Notes: generated by a model from the sequence alone, not told the origin. Counted from the stretch's first letter, positions 14,216 to 23,371 are shown. The stretch is DNA of 24,000 nt from Candidatus Caldarchaeales archaeon (GCA_039630055.1 JBCNVN010000017.1:1-24000), one strand, 5' to 3'. Program-made: numbers and translations.

Positions 14216-14886
14216 ACCATCATAAAAATAATTTAATAGAAATTAAAATACGTTTCCAAGTTATGATAAGTTATTTATAGCTCCATCATCGAAGAGCAGA
14301 TGTAGACGATATATTAGTTAAGAATGCTTTTCTAAGAAAATGATGGTAGAATAGTTAAGATAGGAGAAGCAGAAGAGATAGACCAACTTACTCTATCTTC
14401 TAGTAGAATAGACACTCTCCTCATCATATCTCTTAATCTTCTCCATCAATGGTTTGGAGACTGGGCTTAGTCTATCTGCTCTTTCAGACATAGAAATGCA
14501 TCTATACTTCTCTTTAGATCTTCCTTCAAGTCTCCCAAGTACCGAATCCCAGACATCTAACCTCACTTTAGAACTCAGTAGATGTTAAGTGGTCTATACC
14601 TATATCTCCAAATGAGTAGGATAACCCAAAGGATTTCTGAACTCTTAGTAGGAGTTTAGACGTCTCCAAACGTCTGATCTATACCCTAGCAGTCTCCTCA
14701 AATATGATCATTTATTCCTATAAATTACTCTTCAAAGATCCTTAATCCTAGAAGATAGATGAGCTCAATGCTAGATAATTGATAGGGGTGAGGTTGAGAC
14801 TAGGCTCACCGAGTCTATAGCTGAGAGGATAGAGGGCTCCCTTGATATACTCTCTGTTTTAGACGCTTTCTGGTCTTGAAATAAGC

Positions 14887-14894
14887 TTAAAATA
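14887..14894 (+). promoter_or_regulatory. TATA-like box (TTAAAATA) upstream of codA
   Basis: It lies only 8 nt before ATG 14902 but 23 nt before the in-frame ATG at 14917. This suggests a leaderless transcript starting at or near 14917 (MIIRKARI...). Confidence 0.35.
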
Positions 14895-14901
14895 CGTCAA
14901 A

Positions 14902-16200
14902 ATGACCGGTTTAATTATGATAATTAGAAAAGCTAGGATTAGAGGTAAAGATGGATTATTCGATATCAAGATAGAGGATGGGTTGATAAAGAGTATCTCC
15001 CCACATATCTCAGCTAGAGATGAAGAAGAAATAGATGTAGAGGGTCGCCTAGTGATGCCAACATTCATAGATATGCATTTCCATCTAGACTCGGTACTAA
15101 CCCTAGGAGATCCAAGATTCAATAAATCTGGAACACTGCTAGAAGGAATAGAGATATGGTCAGAATACAAGAAAAAGCTTAGTGTAGAGGATATTCTAGA
15201 CAGAGCAGGGAGAGCTTTAATGCTTATGGTCTCATACGGTACTACAATGATTAGAACGCATGCAGACATTACTGATAAAAACTTGATTACGCTTAAAGGA
15301 TTACTAGAGGTTAAGCGATTATTCAAAGATATAATCGATATACAGATAACCGCTTTTCCCCAGGATGGAATATTGACAGATCCAGAAAATGTCGAACTGC
15401 TTGAGAAGAGTATAGAAATGGGTGCTGACAATGTTGGAATGATCCCACATCTCGAATATACTAGAGAGGATGGAGTCAGATCTATAGATATATCATTCGA
15501 GATAGCTAAAAAATATAATAAAGATATAGATGGACATGTAGATGAGACTGATGATGAGCATTCTAGATTTCTCGAAGTTGTCGCTGCGAAAACTATAAGG
15601 GAAGAATATTTTGGTAGGGTGACCGCTGGACATGCTACCGCTATGCACTCTTATAACGATGCATATGCAGACAAGCTTTACAGATTGCTCAAGATAGCTC
15701 AGATAACCATAGTCCCAAACCCCTTGATAAACATCCATCTCCAAGGAAGATATGATAAGTATCCAAAGAGGAGAGGGTTAGCAAGGATCAAGGAGCTGAT
15801 GGATAATGGGATAAATGTGGCCCTCGGACATGATTGCATCATGGATCCATGGTATCCACTCGGTAGAGGAGACATGATGCTCGTACTCTTCATGGCCGTC
15901 CACATAGCCCAGATGATGGGTTACGATGAGCTCGTAAGATCTTTAGACCTCATAACGGTAAACTCTGCCAAAGCACTTAGGATAGATTCTAAATATGGGG
16001 TGGGAGTAGGAAGAATGGCGAACCTAGTAGTACTTGACGCATACAGCGAGATCGAGGCCTTAACATATCTTAAACGACCACTCTACGTTATAAAAAATGG
16101 GAAGATAATATCTGAGAAGAAACCTGATGAAGTTAAGGTTATAGACCCTTTATATGGAAAGCTCTCCCGATTTGAAGAACCCTTACATAGAAAGCCTTGA
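14902..16200 (+). CDS. codA: Cytosine deaminase-type amidohydrolase (CodA family)
   Basis: PTFIDMHFHLD...NKSGTLLEGIEIWSEYK...RTHADI parallels E. coli CodA (PPFVEPHIHLD...NQSGTLFEGIERWAERK...RTHVDV). A later HVDETDD and the GHD/metal-ligand blocks are also present. The true start may be ATG 14917. Confidence 0.85.
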   Translation: MTGLIMIIRKARIRGKDGLFDIKIEDGLIKSISPHISARDEEEIDVEGRLVMPTFIDMHFHLDSVLTLGDPRFNKSGTLLEGIEIWSEYKKKLSVEDILDRAGRALMLMVSYGTTMIRTHADITDKNLITLKGLLEVKRLFKDIIDIQITAFPQDGILTDPENVELLEKSIEMGADNVGMIPHLEYTREDGVRSIDISFEIAKKYNKDIDGHVDETDDEHSRFLEVVAAKTIREEYFGRVTAGHATAMHSYNDAYADKLYRLLKIAQITIVPNPLINIHLQGRYDKYPKRRGLARIKELMDNGINVALGHDCIMDPWYPLGRGDMMLVLFMAVHIAQMMGYDELVRSLDLITVNSAKALRIDSKYGVGVGRMANLVVLDAYSEIEALTYLKRPLYVIKNGKIISEKKPDEVKVIDPLYGKLSRFEEPLHRKP

Positions 16201-16452
16201 ATAGACTATAAACCTGCATTATGAGTTTTCTTAAAAACAATATAAGTAAAAATTAACGTAAAGTTCCTCCTACACTGTTAGAATAATCGTGGGAATATCT
16301 GAGGTTAGTACTCTAATCTCGTGAAATCGTATCTTGAATTTATAATTATTTACTGAAAATTTTAAAGTTAATAAGTTGTCTCTATGTAGTGATAGCAAAG
16401 GTTTAATTGTCTCTACCTTGATATGCTATAGTGAGATATGGAGTGATGTATA

Positions 16453-17673
16453 TTGGTGAGTAAAAAATCTATTAATGCTGTATCTAAAACCGTTGCTATC
16501 CTGATCGCATTAGTGATAATTTTGGCTATCGTCGCAGCGGTTGAGCCGGTAATGCTGCCTGCAACAACTATAACGAAGACTGACGTTATAACCGAAACTA
16601 AGACTTTTACGACTAGTGTAGGAGCAGCAACGGTAACGGAGACGAGAACAGTATCTACAACAGTGGAGAAGACCGTTACCGTTGGGAAACCTCAGAAGAC
16701 GGAGCTTGTGGTTAGAGCCGTCTTCCAGACCCCTGTAAGCGAGCCTTGGGATGGAGCTATACATACAGCAATCCTCGCAGTTAAGGAAGAGTATGCCGCC
16801 AAAGGTATAAAAGTTGATTATCAGTTTGTAGATAGGAAGATAGACCCGAAAGAGTATGAACTGGCTCTTGAAGATGCAGCAAAAGTTGCAGATATAGTCT
16901 TCCTAGACGCATTCTTAAAAGAAGATATAGCTAGAAGAGTAGCTCAGAAGTATCCTAACGTAGCGTTTGCAGCTGGAAGCGAGTATCTGCCAACACCTCC
17001 GAACTTCGCCGTCTTCGATAACTGGCTACATCAACCAGCCTTCCTGGCCGGGGTAATTGCTGGAAGGGTTACTAAAACGAATAAGATAGGTGTTGTAGCG
17101 GCCATGGAGATAAACGAGGTAAATAGGATAGTTAATGCATTCATACTTGGTGCGAAGACTGTGAACCCAAACGTTAAAGCTAAAGTTGTATATCTACTTG
17201 GAAACATTCCGCCTGGAGAGTCTCCATGGTATCATCCAGCAACTGCTAAGAGACTTGCCAAGACCCTGATAGATCTAGGAGCAGATGTAATCTTTGCCGA
17301 GAGGGTTGGAGCAGAAGAGGCAGCTAGAGAAGCATATGCTGGAGGGAAGGAGGTCTGGGTTATAGGGATGATGGCAGATCAATATGATAGAGCTCCTGAA
17401 GTAACTGTAACCAGTCTAGTCTGGGATATGAGACCAACTGTAAGAGTAGCTTTCGAGAGAGTACTGGCTGGAACATGGACAGCGGACAATCTTGGAACAT
17501 ATTCTTGGATGAGCTTTGGAGGATCATATCTAGCAGATTTCCATCACTTTGGCAAGCCTTCACCTCCACTCAACTCTGAAATACTGAAAGAAGTCAAAGA
17601 ATGGGAGAAAAGAATAATAGATGGTTTAACATGGATACCGATAGTCGAAACACCACCGGTATCAGATTATTAA
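16453..17673 (+). CDS. BMP-family (PnrA/Med-like) nucleoside ABC transporter substrate-binding protein, membrane anchored
   Basis: An N-terminal TM anchor is followed by a Thr/Val-rich linker (TTITKTDVITETKTFTTSVGAATVTETRTVSTTVEKTVTV) and then a BMP-type periplasmic-binding fold. The start is TTG/GTG, 6-9 nt after GGAGTGATG (SD). Confidence 0.8.
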   Translation: MVSKKSINAVSKTVAILIALVIILAIVAAVEPVMLPATTITKTDVITETKTFTTSVGAATVTETRTVSTTVEKTVTVGKPQKTELVVRAVFQTPVSEPWDGAIHTAILAVKEEYAAKGIKVDYQFVDRKIDPKEYELALEDAAKVADIVFLDAFLKEDIARRVAQKYPNVAFAAGSEYLPTPPNFAVFDNWLHQPAFLAGVIAGRVTKTNKIGVVAAMEINEVNRIVNAFILGAKTVNPNVKAKVVYLLGNIPPGESPWYHPATAKRLAKTLIDLGADVIFAERVGAEEAAREAYAGGKEVWVIGMMADQYDRAPEVTVTSLVWDMRPTVRVAFERVLAGTWTADNLGTYSWMSFGGSYLADFHHFGKPSPPLNSEILKEVKEWEKRIIDGLTWIPIVETPPVSDY

Positions 17674-17681
17674 AACCATCC

Positions 17682-17693
17682 TTTTTTTTCTTT
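17682..17693 (+). terminator. Oligo-T tract (T8 C T3) between the binding-protein gene and the ATPase gene
   Basis: ccTTTTTTTTcTTT begins 9 nt after the TAA stop. Oligo-T runs act as archaeal termination signals, so this could be a partial (attenuating) intra-operon terminator. Confidence 0.3.
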
Positions 17694-17731
17694 AACTATT
17701 TAAACTGGAACATAATCTTGAAGTTGGAATC

Positions 17732-19255
17732 ATGGGGCACTCAGTAAAACTGGTCAATGTTTGCAAAACTTTTCCCGGCGGCGTCGTAGCTGTAGACAAC
17801 GTATCTTTAGAACTCGAAGAAGGGGTATTGTATGGGTATGTTGGACCTAATGGTGCGGGGAAATCTACCCTAACAAATCTGATAAGCGGCTACTATACCC
17901 CAGATAGAGGAGAGATATATGTTCATGGAGTTAGAATAACAGATTTCCATAAAGCGATCTCAGAGGGAGTGGTAAAGGTAGAACAGCATCCGAATCTAGC
18001 CCCATGGCTTACTCCAGCTGAGCATCTCGCCCTCCTTATCCCCAAGATCTTCTATAATGTCGAGGATTTGAAAGAGAAGGTGGAAGAGTTGATAGATGTG
18101 ATAGGTGTCAAAGTAGATCTAGATGCACGGGTTGAAGATCTACCGATAGGCCATCTGAGAGTATTCGAGATAGTCAAGGCATTAACTTTATGCGATCTCT
18201 TATATCAGGCTGGAAAGAAACCTATTCTAATCTTGGATGAGGCAACAGCCTTTCTCCCAATCCAGCAGAAGAAAGTATTGAAGGATGTGTTGAGAGGTTT
18301 AACTCCCCTCGGATACACGATCATTCTTATCTCACACGATCTAGCTGAGGTTATAGATGTCTCAGATGAGATTCTCGTGATGACTATGGGGAAGATAGTC
18401 GCAAGGTTTAGGTCTGAGAAGCTAGATATGACAGAGCTTATCAGGTCCATGTTCGACACCGTCCCATTACTAGAATCTGCCAAGACTGACCGCACCCATA
18501 TTAGAGAGGAGCCTGCATTAAAGATAGAGTCGTTGAAAGTTAAAGATGATAGAGGTCATATCGTTGTAAGAGACTTAGACTTGACCGTGTATGCTGGAGA
18601 GGTACATGGAGTGGTAGCTATTCCTGGAACGGGAGAGAAAGAGCTTGCTGAATGTATATATGGTCTAAGATCTCCAGAGTCTGGCAGAATCATATTATTT
18701 GGAGAAGATATAACTAAACTAGATGTTTCCCGGAAGAAGATGAAAGGTTTATCGTTTATCTCTGATGATAGGATCAGAGATGGACTTATCCCTGAGGCAA
18801 CGGTTGAAGACAACATGACTATAGGAAGCGAGGATAAGTTTACCTACCTACGGGGACTATTAATAAATACAAAGATCAGGGAGGCGTTGGCCAGACAATT
18901 GATAAGAGAATACTCTATTATTGCTAAAGATATCAAGTCTCCTATAACGACCCTCTCAGGTGGAAACATGCAGCGGGCGTATCTAGCAAGGATTATAGGT
19001 AGACTTGGAAGATTACTGATAGCACTTCACCCAACCATAGGGCTAGATCCCATGGGGACAAAAATCTTCTTCGATAAAGTTGGTGAAAGAAAAGCTAAAG
19101 GGCTTACAACACTTATCTTCTCACCAAATATAAAAGAACTCATAGCATTCTGTGACAGGATCTCCGTTATGAGTGGTGGAAGAATTATCGGGACCTTCAA
19201 GGCGGAAGAGGCAGATATTGAGAAGCTTGGATTGATGGTGAGTGGGGTAGCATAG
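17732..19255 (+). CDS. ABC transporter ATP-binding protein with two tandem NBDs (nucleoside/sugar CUT2-like)
   Basis: NBD1 has Walker A GPNGAGKST and Walker B ILILDEAT. NBD2 has the signature LSGGNMQR but a degenerate Walker A (IPGTGEKEL) and Walker B (LLIALHPTIGLD). Confidence 0.9.
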   Translation: MGHSVKLVNVCKTFPGGVVAVDNVSLELEEGVLYGYVGPNGAGKSTLTNLISGYYTPDRGEIYVHGVRITDFHKAISEGVVKVEQHPNLAPWLTPAEHLALLIPKIFYNVEDLKEKVEELIDVIGVKVDLDARVEDLPIGHLRVFEIVKALTLCDLLYQAGKKPILILDEATAFLPIQQKKVLKDVLRGLTPLGYTIILISHDLAEVIDVSDEILVMTMGKIVARFRSEKLDMTELIRSMFDTVPLLESAKTDRTHIREEPALKIESLKVKDDRGHIVVRDLDLTVYAGEVHGVVAIPGTGEKELAECIYGLRSPESGRIILFGEDITKLDVSRKKMKGLSFISDDRIRDGLIPEATVEDNMTIGSEDKFTYLRGLLINTKIREALARQLIREYSIIAKDIKSPITTLSGGNMQRAYLARIIGRLGRLLIALHPTIGLDPMGTKIFFDKVGERKAKGLTTLIFSPNIKELIAFCDRISVMSGGRIIGTFKAEEADIEKLGLMVSGVA

Positions 19256-19256
19256 A

Positions 19257-21401
19257 TTGTTTAAGGTAATGCTGGTTAAGAGAGAACCTCTATCGATGAA
19301 GTACCGTATACTATTACCAATATTCTCAACGTTCCTCGCTATAGTCACTGCATCAGTATATGTTCTAATAGCTGGACGAGACGTAATCCAAGTATACTAC
19401 TACCTAATTACATGGCCACTTACATATCCGGCTGAGATACTGGTTACTGCAACGCCTCTACTTTTACTAGCTCTTGCAATAGCGGTTGCATTCAAGGCAA
19501 GATTCTGGAATATAGGAACTCATGGACAGTTTATCATAGGTGGATTGATAGCTGCTTGGCTAGGGGTAAGGTTTGGAGATCTTCCCCCATTTCTTCTAAT
19601 ACCCTTGATCATGGTGCTAGCTTGGCTTGGAGGGGCTGGAGTCGCTCTAATATCTTGGTGGTTGAAAGTTAAGAGAAATCAAGATGAAGTTCTTACAACG
19701 ATACTAATCTGGTCGGCTATCTTACTAATCAATGCTGGTCTATTAACCGGTCCTCTCCGCTCTCCCTATACCACCTATCCCCAGTCTCAAGAGATAAGTA
19801 TTAATGCTAAACTTCCCATACTGTTTCCAGAGACGAGACTTCATGCAGGAGCGATAGTTCCATTCATATTGGCCATCATAATATGGATAATATTCAATAG
19901 AGTAAGTTTTAGAAATAAGATAATTGCTGTTACTGTTCCTAGAGTAGCTTTACTTGAAGGGATAAACATATCGAGAACATATTTCTGGGTGGCTTTCATT
20001 AGTGGTGGGATCGCTGGATTGGCCGGCTCGATAGAGCTCATGGGCATACTATACTATATGACGCCATTCGTAGGACCATATTATGGTCTAGTAGCCTTAG
20101 CGATAGCTATGCTTGGAAATCTAAACCCGATAGGAATCGTGGCCGCAGCATTCTTCTTCAGCATCTTGATTAATGGCGCCAATGCGATGAGCTGGAACAC
20201 TGGGGTTCCAAGCTTCCTATCAGACATAATCCAAGCCCAAACTCTAATATTCTTCCTAATCTTCAGCACTTTCAACAATTATAAGCTAACATTCGTCAGG
20301 TCTGAGGGGATTAAGAGCAATCCTAAACCAGTAATCTTAAAGCCTCCTAAAAAGACTAGGCCTACTAGAAGCCCGTATAGAATTAGTAAAACCAATCTGA
20401 AGATCTTGACGGCCGCTATCTTGATTTTATTATCCTTCTCAGTTCTAGACCTAGTATATCCTGAGCTTAGAACAAGCTTGATCGGAACGATCGCTTCAAG
20501 CATAATCGTCTTAACTCTAGTGATCTCAACCCCTATAATCTTCGCTGGAATAGGTGAGACCTTCACAGAGAAATCCGGTATAATAAACCTCGGCATACTG
20601 GGGATAATGATCGCTGGAGCAGCATGGGGGTTTATGGGAGCATACTTTAGTGGAAACATACTTGTAGGAATATTCACCGCAGCTTTATCAGGGATTGTCT
20701 TCGGAATCCTACTAGCATTTCTAGTGGTAACTCTTGGAGTCCAGCAACACATCGCCGGCATAGCTATAACCTTCTACTCTATGAATGTTGCATACTTCTT
20801 CCACAGACTTCTAATAGGTTCTCCACTCGTCGAACCTACCATCCCTCCCGTAACATCTCTTCGGATACCTTTCCTAGAATCTCTACCCATCATAGGTGAA
20901 ATGTTTAAACAGAACCTCTACACATATTCTGGAATGTATATTTTACCTCTACTAGCAATCTTCATATTCTTTAAGACTAGGTGGGGTCTCATATTAAGAG
21001 CGGTTGGAGAGAATCCGAAAACAGTTGACTCAGCTAGGGTTAGAGTTCACCTAACCAGATATCTTGCAGTAATCTTAGGTGCTGCACTAATGTCTATAGG
21101 TGGAGCATACTACTCTCTAGTCGATCTAAGAACCTTCAACTTAAATGTGGGAGGAGAGTGGAGTTGGATAGCTCTCGCACTAGTAGTTTTAGGAAACTGG
21201 AATCCATTATGGGTCTGGGTAGCCTGCATCTTCTTCGGTATGTTGAACGCTGTCCAAGCATGGCTTGTAGCAACCGTAATCCAGATACCCTACCAGTTCT
21301 TCCAATCAATACCTTACGTGGTAACGGTTGGAGCCTCAGCTATACTAGGTAAACGTGTAAGACCTCCTAAAGCTCTACTACAACCGTATAGAAGAGAGTA
21401 A
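19257..21401 (+). CDS. Fused double permease of the BMP-type nucleoside ABC transporter (two YufP/YufQ-like membrane domains in one 714-aa chain)
   Basis: Two polytopic halves are each similar in pattern to binding-protein-dependent branched permeases. They are joined by a basic Pro/Lys-rich linker (FVRSEGIKSNPKPVILKPPKKTRPTRSPYRISK, nt ~20286-20402). The start is TTG 19257 or ATG 19269, 1 nt after the ATPase stop. Confidence 0.8.
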   Translation: MFKVMLVKREPLSMKYRILLPIFSTFLAIVTASVYVLIAGRDVIQVYYYLITWPLTYPAEILVTATPLLLLALAIAVAFKARFWNIGTHGQFIIGGLIAAWLGVRFGDLPPFLLIPLIMVLAWLGGAGVALISWWLKVKRNQDEVLTTILIWSAILLINAGLLTGPLRSPYTTYPQSQEISINAKLPILFPETRLHAGAIVPFILAIIIWIIFNRVSFRNKIIAVTVPRVALLEGINISRTYFWVAFISGGIAGLAGSIELMGILYYMTPFVGPYYGLVALAIAMLGNLNPIGIVAAAFFFSILINGANAMSWNTGVPSFLSDIIQAQTLIFFLIFSTFNNYKLTFVRSEGIKSNPKPVILKPPKKTRPTRSPYRISKTNLKILTAAILILLSFSVLDLVYPELRTSLIGTIASSIIVLTLVISTPIIFAGIGETFTEKSGIINLGILGIMIAGAAWGFMGAYFSGNILVGIFTAALSGIVFGILLAFLVVTLGVQQHIAGIAITFYSMNVAYFFHRLLIGSPLVEPTIPPVTSLRIPFLESLPIIGEMFKQNLYTYSGMYILPLLAIFIFFKTRWGLILRAVGENPKTVDSARVRVHLTRYLAVILGAALMSIGGAYYSLVDLRTFNLNVGGEWSWIALALVVLGNWNPLWVWVACIFFGMLNAVQAWLVATVIQIPYQFFQSIPYVVTVGASAILGKRVRPPKALLQPYRRE

Positions 21402-21511
21402 CTCGTATCTGGATAGACCTCATCAAGGACCTTTACTGATAATATAGTCAGAATCTATAAAAGAACCCTATATACTCAACACTTTTACCAACATATTGTT
21501 AATACAGAATC

Positions 21512-21518
21512 TTTATAT
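21512..21518 (+). promoter_or_regulatory. TATA-like box (TTTATAT) upstream of the DsrE-like gene
   Basis: It ends 23 nt before ATG 21542 and no SD is present. This is consistent with a leaderless first gene of the dsrE-tusA-sqr operon. Confidence 0.35.
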
Positions 21519-21541
21519 CATGTTGAGAGAAAGTTATACCC

Positions 21542-21967
21542 ATGAGCACTAAAAAGGATAAATTATCAATAATAGCCTTTTCCGGAACAGATGATAAACT
21601 ATATCCAGTCTCTATACTTGCTAACGGTGCAGCCGCACTAGGATTAGATGTAGAGATCTTCCTAACATTCTGGGGGTTAAACGCTTTCAGGAAAGATACA
21701 TTAAAAAAGAGTATGAAGATATCTAAAGACTTTGAAGAGGTTGGCCCCATGGTGTCTAAGGTTATGAGAGATAAGAATGTTCCCCACTGGTATGATATGC
21801 TTAAACAAGCTAAAGAGTTAGGGAATGTTAAAGTATATGCATGTGCTATGACCTATGACCTATTTAACATGAAGAGAGAAGACTTAGCGGATATCATAGA
21901 CGGTGTTGTCGGGGTAGGAGAGTTCTTAGAAAAAGCTAAAGAGAGCAGCATAACATTATTCATATAG
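21542..21967 (+). CDS. DsrE/DsrF/DrsH-like sulfur-relay family protein
   Basis: [38 protein letters not shown] and the C-terminal Cys block [18 protein letters not shown]...GVGEFL match the DrsE_2-type DsrE-like proteins. Confidence 0.75.
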   Translation: MSTKKDKLSIIAFSGTDDKLYPVSILANGAAALGLDVEIFLTFWGLNAFRKDTLKKSMKISKDFEEVGPMVSKVMRDKNVPHWYDMLKQAKELGNVKVYACAMTYDLFNMKREDLADIIDGVVGVGEFLEKAKESSITLFI

Positions 21968-21969
21968 CT

Positions 21970-22230
21970 TTGTGGGGTGGACTGTTGAGCAAAGGAGAAC
22001 AAAAGATAGATAGAATCGTAGATGCGAGAGGAAGCCATTGTCCAGGTCCCTTAATGGAGCTTATAAAAGCTGTAAAGAATGCTCAAGTTGGAGAAGTAGT
22101 AGCAGTATATTCTACGGATAGTGGCTCGAAGACCGATATACCACTGTGGGTGAAGAAAGCTGGACATGAGTTGCTAGGAATATACGAGAGAGATGGATAT
22201 ACAGAATTCGTTATAAGAAAGGCTCGATAA
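21970..22230 (+). CDS. tusA: TusA-like sulfurtransferase (SirA/TusA family)
   Basis: [28 protein letters not shown] carries the CP.P active-site motif in the canonical position. The likely start is TTG 21985, 5 nt after GGGGTGGA, rather than TTG 21970. Confidence 0.8.
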   Translation: MWGGLLSKGEQKIDRIVDARGSHCPGPLMELIKAVKNAQVGEVVAVYSTDSGSKTDIPLWVKKAGHELLGIYERDGYTEFVIRKAR

Positions 22231-22240
22231 TCTAGTATAT

Positions 22241-23371
22241 ATGAAGAAGATCATAATAGTCGGTGGGGGCACCGGCGGAACAGTAGCAGCAAATGTATTG
22301 GCGAGAAAGATATCAAAAGATGCTGAGATAGTGGTCGTCAACGACTCCTCCAGCCACATCTACCAACCAGCTCTTCTATACAGAGCCCTCGGAGAAGTGA
22401 TAGATGAATCAAAGATCATAAGAGAAGAGAGGACCCTACTCGATAAGAGGGTAAAATTGATTATCGATAAAGCTCTAAAGATAGATGTAAACAATAGGCT
22501 AATACAATTACAGAGTGGAAAACAGCTAGACTATGATTATCTAATCATCTCAACCGGCTCAAGGATAGTTCCCGAAGAAGTTCCAGGATATCAGACAGCA
22601 TACCACTTCTATAGTCTTGAAGGAGCTGTAAGGCTTCATGAAGAATTAGAGAGATATAGTGGAGGGGTGATAGCGGTAGGGGTAGGAGGTCTACCCTATA
22701 AATGTCCACCAGCTCCAGCAGAGTTCTGCTGTCTTCTAGACTATTACTTTACCAAGAAGGGGATTAGAGACAAGGTTGAGATACATTATCTATCTCCTCT
22801 ACCTAGAACCTTTCCCCACGAGGCCGTGGCAGAATCTATAACAGAGATGATGGAGGCGAAAGGGATACACTGGCATCCAATGTTTAATATAGAATCTATA
22901 GACTCTGAGAAGAAGATAGTAAACTCTCTTGAAGGAGAGTCTCTAAAATTCGATCTATTAGTTATGGTCCCACCCCATAGAGGCGCTGAGGTAGTAGAGA
23001 GATCTGAGCTTGGGGTAGATGGTGGATGGATACCTGTAGATAAGCACACCTTACAATACAGAGATTACAGAGAGGTCTATGTTATAGGTGATGCAACGAA
23101 CCTACCCGTATCTAAGGCGGGATCGGTTGCACATTTTGAAGCAAAGGTGGTGGCCGAACGGATAAGTTCAGACATTCAAGGATATACTCCTAGAGCGATC
23201 TACGATGGAAGAGTAACATGCTTCTGTGATGCAGGCTTTAAGAAAGCAATATATATGAGCTTCAACTATGAGAAACCACCTAAAAAGCCCGGATTCAGCT
23301 ATTTATGGTATCTTGGAAAACAGATGGTAAATAGATTTTACTGGAGCTTGATACTCAAAGGAATAGTTTAG
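22241..23371 (+). CDS. Sulfide:quinone oxidoreductase-like FAD-dependent pyridine-nucleotide-disulfide oxidoreductase
   Basis: Features are the N-terminal IIIVGGGTGG dinucleotide fold, YKCPPAPAEF (the conserved Cys region of SQR-type flavoproteins), VYVIGDATN, and a C-terminal Cys pair (VTCFCDAG). It lies 10 nt after tusA. Confidence 0.7.
   Translation: MKKIIIVGGGTGGTVAANVLARKISKDAEIVVVNDSSSHIYQPALLYRALGEVIDESKIIREERTLLDKRVKLIIDKALKIDVNNRLIQLQSGKQLDYDYLIISTGSRIVPEEVPGYQTAYHFYSLEGAVRLHEELERYSGGVIAVGVGGLPYKCPPAPAEFCCLLDYYFTKKGIRDKVEIHYLSPLPRTFPHEAVAESITEMMEAKGIHWHPMFNIESIDSEKKIVNSLEGESLKFDLLVMVPPHRGAEVVERSELGVDGGWIPVDKHTLQYRDYREVYVIGDATNLPVSKAGSVAHFEAKVVAERISSDIQGYTPRAIYDGRVTCFCDAGFKKAIYMSFNYEKPPKKPGFSYLWYLGKQMVNRFYWSLILKGIV

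Noticed and set aside
14393-14491. 32-aa minus-strand mini-ORF (MSERADRL...)
   Set aside because: It is too short, lacks an SD or a TATA box at a suitable distance, and overlaps another mini-ORF in a different frame. I kept it only as part of the long-spacer observation.
14859-15431. 190-aa minus-strand ORF in the track
   Set aside because: It lies entirely antisense to the well-supported codA gene. Its composition is Ser/Ile/Leu-rich and low-complexity, as expected from the reverse complement of an AT-rich coding frame. It has no motif, SD or promoter.
20279-20761. 160-aa minus-strand ORF, plus the smaller ones at 19841-20278
   Set aside because: They are antisense to the fused permease gene, whose long uninterrupted hydrophobic frame is the real coding frame.
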